A stretch of DNA of 64,000 bases, taken from Mobula hypostoma. Taxonomy: Eukaryota. The stretch is taken from contig NC_086108.1 in assembly GCF_963921235.1 (NCBI RefSeq), positions 102,550,001-102,614,000 on the forward strand, in the 5' to 3' direction. The position numbers were made by a program, and so were the translations under genes. The notes under the pieces are model-generated. The model had not been told where the DNA came from. It was given only the letters and a program-made list of their open reading frames with translations, and ran no database searches. Each line of letters begins with the position of its first letter. Within the stretch, counting starts at the first letter, position 1. Below, in pieces: positions 11,801 through 23,019 of the stretch.

Positions 11801-11878
11801 CTGTTGTGAACTAACCTCCTCACACCTAGCCGCTTTAATTTGATTCCCACCCCCCAACCATTCTAGTTTAAAGTCACC
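8858..11878 (-). CDS. CR1 ORF2: AP-endonuclease plus reverse transcriptase (open frame; no AUG before the EN core)
   Basis: Stop-free frame from 11878 to 8858. EN motifs NARS, ITETW, YRPP, MGDFN, SDH. RT motifs YLDFQKAFD, GVPQGSVLGP, KFADDT. Confidence 0.93.
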   Translation of the reverse strand, partial: GDFKLEWLGGGNQIKAARCEEVSSQQRDGNQCRETEGCKVSVEAKSTKGKSKSGRPTNPGQALKRAKRVVKECLKALCVNARSIRNKVDELKVQIVINDYDIVGITETWLQGDQGWELNVQGYSIFRRDRHEGRGGGVALLVKKEINAIERKDISREDVESIWVELRNTKGQKTLVGVVYRPPNSSSEVGDGIKQEIRNVCNKGTAVIMGDFNLHVDWVNQIGKGAEEEDFLECMRDGFLNQHVEEPTREQAILDWVLSNEEGLISDLVVRGPLGKSDHNMVEFFINMESDVVNSETKVLNLKRGNFEGMRHELAKIDWQMTLQGLTVDMQWQAFKGCMDELQQLFIPVWQKNKSRKVVHPWLTREIRDSINSKEVAYKLARESGSPEDWEKFRVQQRRTKGLIRKGKKDYERKLAENIKTDCKSFYRYVKRKRLIKTNVGPLQTETGELIMGSKDMADQLNNYFGSVFTKEDINNLPEIVRDRGSSEMEELSEIHVSREVVLGKLKGLKADKSPGPDGLHPRVLKEVAQEIVDALVIIFQNSLDSGLVPEDWRVANVTPLFKKGGREKPGNYRPVSLTSVVGKLLESVIKDVITAHLESGEMIGQSQHGFVKGKSCLTNLIEFFEDVTSRVDRGEPVDVVYLDFQKAFDKVPHRRLVCKLKAHGIGGKVLVWVENWLADRKQRVGINGTFSEWQAVTSGVPQGSVLGPQLFTIYINDLDEGIKCSISKFADDTKLGGSVSSEEDAKRMQGDLDRLGEWANSWQMQFNVDKCEVIHFGGKNRKTDYYLNGGRLGKGEVQRDLGVIIHQSLKVGMQVQQAVKKANGMLAFIARGFEYRSREVLLQLYKALVRPHLEYCVQFWSPNLRKDIFAIEGVQRRFTRLIPGMAGLSYEERLDELGLYSLEFRRLRGDLIETYKILKGLDRLDAGKLFPMLGRSRTRGHSLRIEGKPFRTEVRKNFFTQRVVNLWNSLPQQTVEASSLAMFKRKLDMALVATGVRGYGGKAGF
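11866..11872 (-). promoter_or_regulatory. Candidate -1 ribosomal frameshift slippery heptamer U_UUA_AAC
   Basis: In the ORF1 frame (ACT TTA AAC TAG) immediately before the ORF1 stop. The -1 frame (TTT AAA CTA GAA TGG TTG...) is ORF2. Confidence 0.6.
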
Positions 11879-12519
11879 TCAGTAGCCCCCGCTAATCTCC
11901 CTGCCAGGATATTGGTCCCATTCCTCGACTTAATCCTAGCCAAATCCTCGGACAATTTACAATGACCAATTAACCTACCAACTGGTACATCTTTTGACTG
12001 TGTGAGGAAACTGGAGCACCCGGATGAAACCCACGTGGTCATGGGGAGAACATACAAACTCCTTATAGGCAGCAGTGGGAATTGTACCCTTGTCACCTGT
12101 ACTGTAAAGCACTGTGCTAGTCATTACGTTACCATGCCACTCTTAAAACCTCAGAATTACATCCTTGCTTATATATTCTGGTCCTCTGAAAATGAATGCT
12201 AACATTGCATTTGCCTTTTTTATTTGGTTTAATTTAGCATCGTGGTAGGATAGACATTGAGGACCAAAGGGCCTGTTCCCATGTTGCACTTTTCTATGTT
12301 CTTTTAGAACAGAGAGATATGAAAATTGCATCAGAAAGATGAGGTGGGTTGAAACCCACAATCTTCTGACTCAGAAATGAAAATATGTCATCAAGCCAAC
12401 TGATTTCAATGAAATTGAATATCAGAGAAGCAGAATATTGGTAGAAGCAGATGCCAGTTTACCTCGTGGTGCATTCACAGATGTTGCTGGATTAAGGATG
12501 AAAGGAGTTAAAGATTAGC

Positions 12520-12800
12520 CTTATTTGTCACGTTTTACATCGAAAAATACACTGAAATACATCACCTGCATTGAAAATATGCTGGGGACAGCCCGCCAAT
12601 GTGGCCAAGCTTTGTCACTACTTGTTATGTCCACAACTGACCATCCTCAACCTGTACATGTTTGGAATTGGGAGGAAAGAGGAGAACCTGGAGGAAACCC
12701 TCAAGGTTACATGGAGAACATACAAGCTTCTTAGAGACAGTGGGGGATTGGAATTGAATTGCAATGTTACAGTTGGCGCTGTAAAGTGATTATGTGAACT
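12520..12800 (-). mobile_element. V-domain SINE
   Basis: rc V-domain TGGGAGGAAAGAGGAGAACCTGGAGGAAACCC. Confidence 0.6.
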
Positions 12801-13274
12801 GTTAGTGTTAGATACGTGGGTTATGACCAAAGGAAAAATAAAATGGGCAAAAATCAAACTTACAAAAGTTAGCAAAAATAGAAAAAAAAACAGCGAATAT
12901 TACAAAAATATATCTATCAGAAAGCACAATAATAGTAATGCATTTACATTTGGCCAGTGTGAATTCCTGGCAACCCCATTCTCTCTCTCTCTCCCACTGA
13001 GAGTGAAGAGCCCTGTTTATTAGGCAACAGAACATACTATCTTTAATTACCCACAAATTGAATTTAAGATTACACGTGAATCAGAAAATATACATTTACA
13101 CATCTGCATCACTAAAGAAATGGAATATTCACCGTGTATGGCGGGAAAGGCACCGTAAAGCCAACCCGAGCACACCAGCTCAGTTTGGGGCCCATTATGA
13201 GAAAACGCTGGGGAAGATGTTTGAAGTGTGCACACTCAGTGCAACAACAGCAGAATGACAGGGCAACGTTTCTC

Positions 13275-13306
<32 letters not shown>

Positions 13307-13307
13307 T
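13275..13307. repeat. (TG)n microsatellite
   Basis: Direct TG dinucleotide run. Confidence 0.95.
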
Positions 13308-13539
13308 TACTGAGTGATCTCCATCACAGTTACGCTACTGCACTGCCCAGATTCCATATATTGCCATGAGTTCTAATTTTATAGTTCTTATCTAGAAAAC
13401 AATGGTCGATGAGCTTTAACATGAAAACAGCATTCCACTGACTGAGGTAAATGACTTCACACCCAGCAGAGCAAGTTAAAAGACAAATATCAGATGCTTA
13501 CTTTGACAATAAAATGAACCATTGAATCGTAAATCCCTG

Positions 13540-13670
13540 ACACAAGAGATTCTGCAGATGCTGGAAATACAGAGTAGCGCACATAAAATGCCTGAGGAAC
13601 TCAGCAGGTCAAGCAGCATCTGTGGAGAGCAATAAAGTGTCAATGTTTTTGGCTGCGACCTTTTCAGTTA
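13540..13670 (-). mobile_element. Penelope terminal fragment
   Basis: CACAAGAGATTCTGCAGATGCTGGAAA...GAACTCAGCAGGTCAAGCAGCATC, the same end as the Penelope at 45862. Confidence 0.7.
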
Positions 13671-13679
13671 AACCTCTGG

Positions 13680-16451
13680 AGCCATGAGAGACTGTGGATG
13701 CATGTCTCTGGGAGCTGAACATCCAAGGATGCACGGTGTATCGGAAGGATAGGCAGGTAGGCAGAGGGGGTGGCGTGGCTTTATTGGTGAGAAATTATAT
13801 TAAGGGTGACATAGGATTGGAAGGCGCAGAATCTTTATGGGTTGAGCTAAGAAATCGCAGGGGTAAAAGGATCCTGATGGCAGTTATATACAGGCCTCCT
13901 AACAGCTGCACTGATGTGGACTACAAATTACAACAGGAAATAGAAAAGGCTTGTCAGAAGGGAAGTGTTATGATAATTGTGGGGGATTTTAACATGTGAG
14001 TGGATTGGGAAAATCAGGCCGGCACTGGATCTCAAGAGAGAGAATTTGTAGAATGTCTACAAGATGGCTTTTTAGAACATCTTGTTGTTGAGCCCACTAG
14101 GGGATCGGCTGTACTGGATTGGGTATTGTGTAATGAACCGGAGGTGATTAGAGAGATTGAAGTGAAGGAACCGTTAGGAGGCAATGATCATAACATGACT
14201 GAGTTCACTGTGAAATTTGAGAAAGAGAAGCCGAAATCCAATGTCGGTATTTCAGTGGAGTAAAGGAAATTACAGTGGCACGAGAGAGGAACAGGCCAAA
14301 GTTGACTGGAAAGGGACACTAGTGGGAAGGACGGCAGAGCAGCAGTGGCTGGAGTTTATGCGAGAAGTGAGGAAGGTGCAAGACAGATATATTCCAATAA
14401 AGAAGAAATTTTTGAATGGAAAAAGGATGCAACCGTGGCTGACGAGAAGTCAAAGCCAAAGTTAAAGCAAAGGAGAGGGCATACAAGGAAGCAAAAATTA
14501 GTGGGAAGACAGAGAACTGGGAAGTTTTTAAAAGCTTACAAAAGGAAACTAAGAAGGTCATTAAGAGCGAAAAGATAAACTATGAAAGGAAGCTAGCAAA
14601 TAATATCAAAGAGGATACTAAAAGCTTTTTCAAGTATATAAAGAGTAAAAGACAGGTGAGAGTAGATATAGGCCTGATACATAATGATGCTGGAGAAATT
14701 GTAATGGGAGATAAGGAGATGATGGAGGAAATGAACGAGTATTTTGCATCAGTCTTCACTGAGGAAGACATCAGCAGTATACCAGACACTCAAGGGTGTC
14801 AGGGAAGAGAAGTGTGCGCAGTCACAATTACGACAGAGAAAGTATTCAGGAAGCTGAATAGGCTAAAGGTAGATAAATCTCCCGGACCGGATGGAATGCA
14901 CCCTCGTGTTCTGAAGGAAGTAGCTGTGGAGATTGCGGAAGCAATAGCAATGATCTTTCAAAATTCAATAGATTCTGTCATGGTTACGGAGGACTGGAAG
15001 ATTACAAATGTCACTCCGCTATTTAAGAAGGGGGCGAGGAAGCAAAAAGGAAATTATAGACCTGTTAGCTTGACATCAGTGATTGGGAAGTTGTTGGAGT
15101 TGATTTTCAACGATGAGGTTACGGAGTACGTGGAGGGATATGACAAGATAGGCAGAACTCAGCGTGGTTTCCATAAAGGAAAATCCTGCCTGACAAACCT
15201 ATTGCAATTTTTTGAGGAAATTACAAGTAGGCTAGACAAGGGAGATGCAGTGGATGTTGTGTATTTGGATTTTCAGAAGGCCTTTGACAGGGTGCCGCAC
15301 ATGAGGCTGCTAAACAAGGTAACAGCCTATGGAATTATGAGAAAGTTACATACGTGGATAGAGCGTTGGCTGATTGGCAGGAAACAGAGAGTGGGAATAA
15401 AGGGATCCCATTCTGGTTACCTGCCGGTTACCAGTGGTGCTCCACAGGGATCAGCGTTGGGGCCGCTTCTTTTTACATTGTACATCAACGATTTGGATTA
15501 TGGAATAGCTGGCTTTGTGGCTAAGTTTGCTGATGATACAAAGATAGGTGGAGGGACCGGTAGTGCTGAGGAAACAGAGTCTGCAGAGAGACTTGGATAG
15601 ATTGGGAGAATGGGCAGAGAAGTGGCAAATGAAATACAATGTTGGAAAGTGTATGGTCTTGCACTTTGGTAGAAGAAATAAACAGGCACACTATTATTTA
15701 AATGGGGAAAGAATTCAAAGTTCTGAGATGCAACGGGACTTGGGAGTCCTCGTACAGGATACCCTTAAGGTTAACCTCCAGGTTGAGTCAGTGGTGAAGA
15801 AGGCGAATGCAATGTTGGCATGCATTTCTAGGGGAATAGAGTATAGGAGCAGGGATGTGATGTTGATGCTCTATAAGGCGCTGGTGAGACCTCACTTGGA
15901 GTACTGTGGGCAGTTTTGGGCTCCTTATTGAAGAAAGGATGTGCTGACATTGGAGAGGGTTCAGAGAAGATTCACTGGAATGATTCCGGGAATGAGAGGG
16001 TTAACATATGAGGAACGTTTGACTGCTCTTGGACTGTACTCCTTGGAGTTTAGAAGAATGAGGGGGGACCTCATAGAAACATTTCGAATGTTGAAAGGCA
16101 TGGACAGAATGGATGTGGCAAAGTTGTTTCCCATGGTGGGGGACTCAAGTATGAGAGGGCATGACTTAAGGATTGAAGGGCACCCATTCAGAACAGAGAT
16201 GCGAAGAAATATTTTTAGCCAGAGGGTGGTGAATCTGTGGAATTTGTTGCCATGGGCGGCAGTGGAGGTCAAGTCATTGGGTGTATTTAAGGCAGAGATT
16301 GATAGGTATCTGAGTAGTCAGGGCATCAAAGGTTATAGTGAGAAGGCGGGGGAGTGGGACTAAATGGGAGAATGGATCAGCTCATGATAAAATGGCGGAG
16401 CATGGGCTGAATGGCCGACTTTTGCTCCTTTGCCTTATGGTCTTATGGTCT
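13680..16451 (+). mobile_element. CR1 LINE, 5'-truncated in EN, several frameshifts and stops
   Basis: Consecutive EN/RT ORF pieces at 13694-16363 (YRPP, GDFN, YLDFQKAFD, KFADDT). Tail CTTATGGTCTTATGGTCT. Confidence 0.95.
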
Positions 16452-16459
16452 AAAAAGCT

Positions 16460-17435
16460 AATTACTGAAGGAACTCAGCAGGTCAGTCGGCATCTGTGGA
16501 GGCAGAGGGAATGGTCAACATTTCTAGCTGTGATCCTGCATCAGGACTGAGTATAAAAAGGTAAGAAATGGTGAGCCTGCCAGCCCCTGTCTCACTGCTC
16601 TCTTTCACTTTTTATACTGGCTTTCTCCCCTCTACACTCTCAGCTCTAATACGAGGTCGCAATCCAAAATTTCGACCATCTCTCCTCTCCTATCAGGTTC
16701 CTCTTTCTTCAGCCCTTTTCCACCTATCACGTTGCAGCTTATCACTTCATTTGCCCCCCCCCCCACCCACTCACCTTCCTCCTCTCCTGACTTTCCAGTA
16801 ACTGAAATCCCACTCACTTGTAACTGGGATCTGAAGCTGCAGCCGGTTGTTAATGATGTTCTGAAGTGTCAGTTTTGGAAATTGATACAAGTATATTGCT
16901 CTCTGCCTTTAACCATCCCTTTAGGTACCAGTACGATGAGAAAAAGCTTATCAATATCTGATTCTTTCTGGGTAGCCTCCAACCTGACGGCATGAACATC
17001 GTTATCTCTAATTTTCTGTAATTTATCTCCCTACCCCTTCTCTATTTTTTTCTAGACTGCATTCTGGGTCCCTTCTCTTACCCACACCTACCCATTACCT
17101 TCCTTTGGTGCCCCTCCTTCCCTTCCTCTCATGGTCCACTCTCCTGTCCCTATCAGATTCCTTCTTCTTCAACCCTTTACCGCTTCCACCTACCCACCTC
17201 CCAGCTTCTCACTTCATCACACCCTCCCCACCCATGTTCAGCCTCACCTGGTCTCACCTATCACCTGCCAGCTTGTACTCCATCCCCATCCTGCCCCACC
17301 TTCTTATTCTAGTTTCTTCCCTTTTTCTCTCCAGTCCTGGGGAAATGTCTCAGCCCAAAACTTTGACTGTTTATTCTGCTCCATAGATGCTGCCTGACCT
17401 GCTGAGTTCTCCCAGCATTTGGTGTGTGTTACTCT
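16460..17435. mobile_element. Penelope-derived fragments (both orientations) with degenerate hammerheads
   Basis: Pyrimidine-rich pLTR-like sequence. Stem I CAGTC/GACTG is retained at 17332-17369, and there is a minus-strand copy at ~16513-16549. Confidence 0.65.
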
Positions 17436-17679
17436 GCCACCCCTGCACTGTTTGTTACTTCCAACTCACAGTGGCTGACTCCTAATTGCTCTCAGAAACA
17501 GTTGAATAAGCCATTCAGCTCAAAGTCAATTTGCAAATACGAAACATTAGCCTCTCCAATGACAGCCGTAAACCCTGAATGAAAAATTTAGCAGCTCATG
17601 TTAATTAAAGAATCAGTGAAAGAAATCACACATACAATGTACTTTCACAGTGCAAGATGTTCTAAAGTTCTGTACAGCT

Positions 17680-18124
17680 TGTAACTGGGACCAAGTCACC
17701 GGAGAGACAACAAAGCTAGTGGATATAGAAGTCTTTATTCAGCATTCGAGACACTTGGCAGAAGAGGCCGGTTTGACCCAATATTACGTGACTTTTTTAT
17801 ATATTAAAGGTCAGGACAATTCTATAGTTACAATGTATCTACAATGCTTCCTTTGAATTACATATAGTTTTCAAACACCTCCATATTTGCACCCACAAAT
17901 GAATGTTAATCCTAACCGAATATAGGCTGCATTCATGCATATGCAGGCAACTGAGGTTGGAGTGGAGTGTTTCTTTGCAACTTACCCCAGTCTGCTGTTC
18001 CAGAAAGCCCATTGGTCTGAGCTACGTTAGAAATTCCATCTGCAATTCACATTCAAATCTGAAGAATGGCTTCTGTTGAAATTGGTATTTGCTATATACC
18101 CCAACTCCAGAATATGCCCTAACA
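17680..18124 (-). mobile_element. Solo LTR (445 bp) inserted in an old Deu-domain SINE
   Basis: TG...CA ends. 5-bp TSD CAGCT at 17675-17679 and 18125-18129. The minus strand has CCAAT (~18011-18015), TATATAAAAAA (~17792-17802) and AATAAA (~17734-17739) in LTR order. Confidence 0.75.
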
Positions 18125-18469
18125 CAGCTCATGGTGCACAGAATAATATCTGTAAAGATGGTCATGTTGAATGTAAGAAATGAGATACAGAAAGATCCCA
18201 CAAACAGTAATGTGCTGACTAGATGCCCTGTTGAGAGATAGCTTAGTACAGTGTAGTGAGTGTGCTGAGCTGTTGGATGCAATTTTTAAAAATCAGAGAA
18301 TCCTAAGATACTAGCGTCAAATAGTTTTTTCACAATATGCTGGCCAACATTGTTCTCTCCATCAATGAAACTATAAGTATGTGCCTTTGTGTTTGGGTGT
18401 GCGCGTGTGTACAGTTGTGCATGTATTTGTGTACGTGCATGTTGCAGTGCATTGATCTGCCATCAGCAA

Positions 18470-19115
18470 TGATGATCAACATGCTATGCAAGTTGGTAGG
18501 ATGGTTAAAAAGGCATACGGTGTGTTGGCCTTCACTAGCCAGGGGATTGAGTTCAAGAGCCATAAGATAATATTGCAGCTCTATAAAACCCTTGTTATAT
18601 TGTGTTAATTTCTGGTCACCTCATTATAGGAAGGATGTGGAAGCTATTGAGAGGGTGCAGAGGAGATTTACCAGGATGCTGCTTGGACTAGAGAGAATAG
18701 ACTTATGAGGATAGGTCGAGTGATCTTGGGCTTTTCTGTTTGGAGCAAAGGAGGATGAGAGGCGACTTCATAGTGGTGTATAAGATGATAAGAGGCATAG
18801 ATTAAGCCAGAGACTTTTTCCCAGGGCAGAAATGACTAATATTGAGGGGACATAATTTTAAGGTGATTGGAGGAAAGTATACTGGGTTGGGATTTCAGAG
18901 GTAGGTTTTGTACACAGAATGGTGAGTGCATGGAATGGCCTGCCACACTCTTTGTTAGTCACATGGATGATAGAAAGGTGGAGAGCTATGTAGGAGAGAA
19001 GTGTTAGATTGACCTTAGAGTAGGTTAAAAGGTTGGCACAACATTGCTGGCCAAAGACAGAGAACATACAACACTTTGTTGTCATCGTGTTCGATGTTCC
19101 ATGTTCTATGTTCTA
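18470..19115 (+). mobile_element. CR1 3' fragment
   Basis: CR1 ORF2-end sequence and (TTCTATG)n tail at ~19100. Confidence 0.75.
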
Positions 19116-19174
19116 TGTAAGCTCCCATTCCTCCAGTGTCTCCCTGCTTGCTCCATACTTGTGTGCTTATGTTA

Positions 19175-19540
19175 TAGAGTCATAGAAAAGTCCAGCACAG
19201 AAACAGCCCTTCAGCCCATCCAGTCTGTGCAAAACCTTTTAAATTGTCTACCCCTATCAACCTACACCAGGGCCATCGCCCTCCATACCCCTACTATCCA
19301 TGTACCTGTCCAAACTTCTCTTAATTGCTGAAATTGAGCTCAGATGCACCACTTCCACAAACTTGCAACGCTCTGAGATAAGAAGTTTCCCCCTAATGTT
19401 TGCCTTAAACTTTTCACCTTTCACCATTAAACCACGACCTCTGCTTGTAGTCCCAGCCAAACTCAGTGGAAAAAGCCTGCTTGAATTTACCTATCTAAAC
19501 CCTTCATAATTTTGTATACTTTTATCTAATCTCCTTTGAA
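19175..19540 (-). mobile_element. Old CR1 3' fragment
   Basis: ORF 19257-19460 RGRGLMVKGEKFK...KRSLDRYMD is the CR1 C-terminus. Confidence 0.65.
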
Positions 19541-19954
19541 TTGGAATATGGGTGCATGTGTTAATGAGTGTTAGTCTAGGAGGTTTGATGCTCCATTTTA
19601 CAGAGGAAGACTTAAAGAGGCGAAACTCCTGAACTGGAGGCAAAGGTAGGAACCAAATGAGCTATGATGGGAAGAGTGTCAGGATGCATTCTCAATTACA
19701 AGCACAGTAAGTAGTAAAGCTTAATACAATGTTAATAAGGGAGTATTGGTTAGATGCCACTAAGTACAGATTTTCAAGAGCTTGAAGAGAGAATAAGGAA
19801 GGGAAGAAAATTCATGGTGATGATAAGAAAGCCCAATGAAGATGCAGGGTGGGAGAAGAAAAAGCTGAACGAGAGTAATAATTATAAATATTTTTCAGCA
19901 ACATCATATACAACTGTTTTCTAAGTGGGTAGCATATTTCAGAAATCAATGGTG

Positions 19955-20430
19955 CAAAGGGACTTAGGAGTCCTTGTGCAGGAATCCCTAAAGGTTAACT
20001 TGCAAGTTGAGTAAGGAAGCAAGGTAAGGAAGTCAAATGCAACGCTAAGATTCTTTTCGAGCGGACTACAATATAAAAACATGGATATAATGCTGAGATT
20101 TTATAAGGCATTGGTCAGACCACACTTGGAATACTATGAGCAGTTTGGGGCCCCTTATCTAACAAAGGGATATGCTGCCGTTGGAGAGGTCCAGAAGTGG
20201 TTTACAAGAATGATCCCAGGCATGAAAGGGTTAATGTATGAGGAGTGTTTGATGGCTTTGGGCCTGTACTCACTGGAGTTTAGAAGAATGAGGGAGGATC
20301 TCATTCAAGGTTATCGAATATCGAAAGGCCTAGATCGAGTGGGCGTTGATAAGATGTTTCCGATAGTGGGGGAGCCTAGGACCAGAGGACACTGCCTCAG
20401 AATAGAAGGACATCCCTTTAGAATGAATGT
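19955..20430 (+). mobile_element. CR1 ORF2 fragment
   Basis: YKALVRPHLEY...FTRMIPGMKGL...GLYSLEFRRMR. Confidence 0.8.
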
Positions 20431-21589
20431 GAATAATGATTTTACAGGTTTTTCAGCAACATCACACATGACAGGATTAAAAGGATATCTCATTGAATTC
20501 TTCCAAATTACGAATGGCTTTAATGAAGACAAAATATTTCAGAATGTCAGCCACATATTTAAAACCAACAGCCAGGGAAGTTGTGTGTTTTTGTTTTAAA
20601 GCAGACTTCTTAAAACACAGGTGCCTATAAATTCACTGCAAAGAGTAACATTAAACACAGTACGGTACACACTCAGTCATCCAGCATCCTTGGGGAATGT
20701 GGCTCCAGTTGCATGAGAATTGCTCATAAAAATATTATTGTACGTTGCACAGTAGCATCCCATGTATAGGCCTTTAAATAATTGCTGAACTATATGCTAT
20801 CTCATTTTAAATAACATTTTATCTACAATTCTATATTTAAGGCTAAATGGTATTAATGCAAAATACATCAAAATTAATCAAATGAGCAATTGTATTCATC
20901 ACATGAAATTCTAGATCTTCACCGAGCATGTTGCACTGATCTTTAATGTAAACGTAATTAACTAAAAATGTCTTTTTACACTTAATTTGCAGAGCACTTG
21001 AAATAAATTTCCTTAGCTTTCTCCACCAGCATTGGTCCTGAGATACATGCATGTCCTGATCTCCTTTAAGAAAACCAGATATATAAAGCAGAATTAAGAT
21101 CATCAAGCGTCACTGTCTGTTGTATGATGCTTTTAAAAGCTCTTTAAGCTTTGTAACTTAATGTGATAAATCATTAAGGAACCTATGTTGAATTATTTAA
21201 GAAGCGAATATTATAAATTTTGCCATTTCCAGTTTTAAAATTTTTCCACTTTCTGTTTCAATGTTATAACAACACAGTGCCCTTGCACCCTTACCAGAAA
21301 TAGTCTTATCCAACGTTTTGGATAGATGGAAGAAATACACTCGTCTCATGAAATACAATGGAACCAGCTACTAGGAGAGGCAGAGTCTGGGCTGCTGGCT
21401 GTAGGACGATAGGACTTGATACCCAAACAAAATCACTTGAACCAGGCATGACAAATTCAAGTGAGTCTTCTTGGGACAAAAATCTGATGGATTTGTGTAA
21501 TTTTTTTTGTTATTTTCATGCATGAGAATTCCAGAAGCATAAATACCAGATAAACCGTTTGCTGCATGTATTAAGGACAGTGCATTATA

Positions 21590-21885
21590 CGCTGGAGCAG
21601 GCGATCACCGATGCAGGTTCAGTTCCCACTGCTGCCTGTAAGGAGTTTGTACGTTCTCCCCATGACCGTCTGGGTCTCCACTGGGTGCTCTGGTTTCTTC
21701 CTACAGTCCAAAGACATAAAATTAGGCTTAGTAAGCTATTGACCTGCTATGTTGGTGCCGGAAACGTGGTGATACTTTTGAGCTGCCTAGCATAATCCCT
21801 ACTAATTTGATTTGACACAAGTGACACATTTCACTGTATGTTTCAATATTTTGATGTACATGTGACAAAGCTAATCTTTCTTTCT
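21590..21885 (+). mobile_element. V-domain SINE
   Basis: B-box-like GGTTCAGTTCC followed by the V-domain GTAAGGAGTTTGTACGTTCTCCCC...CCAAAGAC. Confidence 0.7.
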
Positions 21886-23019
21886 TCTTCTACACTGAAA
21901 TTCAGTTTAATTGAAGCCAATGAAACTGAACATCAGTGGCAGCACAAAACGTACTGTGGTTGTGACACATTTTGATGTAATTGAATCACAAAGTTACTTT
22001 TGTGGCCAGAAGGGAACTACTCAGTCCATCAAACACCTGCTGGCTCCTTGTAGAGCAACCCCATTGGGCCTATCCTCCTGCTCTTTCCTGACTCCTGCAT
22101 TGGAAACAGAATCCACTAGATGCTCTTGAAAGGAAAATACCATTTGAAATATTTAACAGAACAGGTAATGGGATTAAGTGGGAAAGTCTTTCATAGAGTC
22201 TGTCTGGGTGTGGCAGGGACAGGTCACAGAGTTAGTGACGATGTAGATATGCTGGCATGAATCTGTTAGGCTAAATGGCCTCTTCTCTGCAGGGAAATTC
22301 TGCAGCTTGTCATTTCAAAGTTTGTGATTTGCTTTACTATCCAGCTTAATGTATTCCTCAGCCAGAGATGACAGCAGTATTGGCGTATTTCATTCTACAG
22401 AGAGTTTCTGTGATCCTTCAAAACCTCATTTTATAGGTGACTTTCCCATCTACAGTTGCAATCTACTTTTCATCTTACTGATTTACTGAGATCACTGGTG
22501 TATTTGAAGCCATCAGAGAGTTGAAGGAATGCAGTGCACCCTCAATACCACTTTAGTGTTTCAGTGTTTGGATAAGTGGACAAAAATGGGCTATTCTCGA
22601 TTATCACCCATTGACTACACCCAGTCTATAGTTCCCAACTTTCAACCACGCTGGCTTTTCCCTGCAGTAATATTGGTGCCCCATCAAAGCAATCGCTTGC
22701 ATTATTTTAAAAGCATGAAAGCAAACACATCTTCACAAAGTTTTCTATAAACCTACAAGCAAAGATGTGATATGCATTTTGAACTTCACGCAGCTGCAGT
22801 TGTGAGTATGGACGATTGAATAGTCTGATCAAGGTACTTAAGCTGGTAAAAGGAGTTAAGACTTTAGATACAGCAGAACTATTTCCTTTGACAAGGGAAT
22901 TAAGAACAAAGCCTCATTGTGGAGCATGACCATTTAGGGGAGAAATGGCTTCACATATGTGAAGGAGAGATTAGGAATAATTCAGAAAAGTATCTATTTT
23001 ACTGATGCCCCGGAAGAAT

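Larger units (their letters stand above)
8760..11925 (-). mobile_element. Young CR1 (HER1-like) LINE, 5'-truncated inside the end of ORF1
   Basis: Intact ORF2, 3' UTR and (TTTCTATG)n tail at ~8759-8781. The last ~20 codons of ORF1 (RNGTNILAGRLAGATEVTLN*) lie at 11863-11925. Confidence 0.97.
8690..12140 (-). mobile_element. V-domain (HE1-like) SINE split by the young CR1 (parts ~8690-8759 and ~11926-12140)
   Basis: V-domain rc at ~12000-12060 (TGTGAGGAAACTGGAGCACCCGGATGAAACCCACG). (TTTA)n tail at ~8690. ATTC repeated at both CR1 junctions. Confidence 0.75.

Noticed and set aside
9240..11843. Plus-strand ORFs opposite CR1 ORF2 (similarly 4601-5540, 52141-53031, 60868-61269)
   Set aside because: Antisense shadows of LINE coding sequence.
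11863..12096. 77-aa ORF as a complete ORF1
   Set aside because: Chimeric: only the last ~20 codons are CR1 ORF1, and the rest is chance read-through from the flanking SINE.
13058..13258. 66-aa ORF in unique sequence as a host exon
   Set aside because: No similarity to sialyltransferase N-terminal exons that I can recognise and no convincing splice sites.
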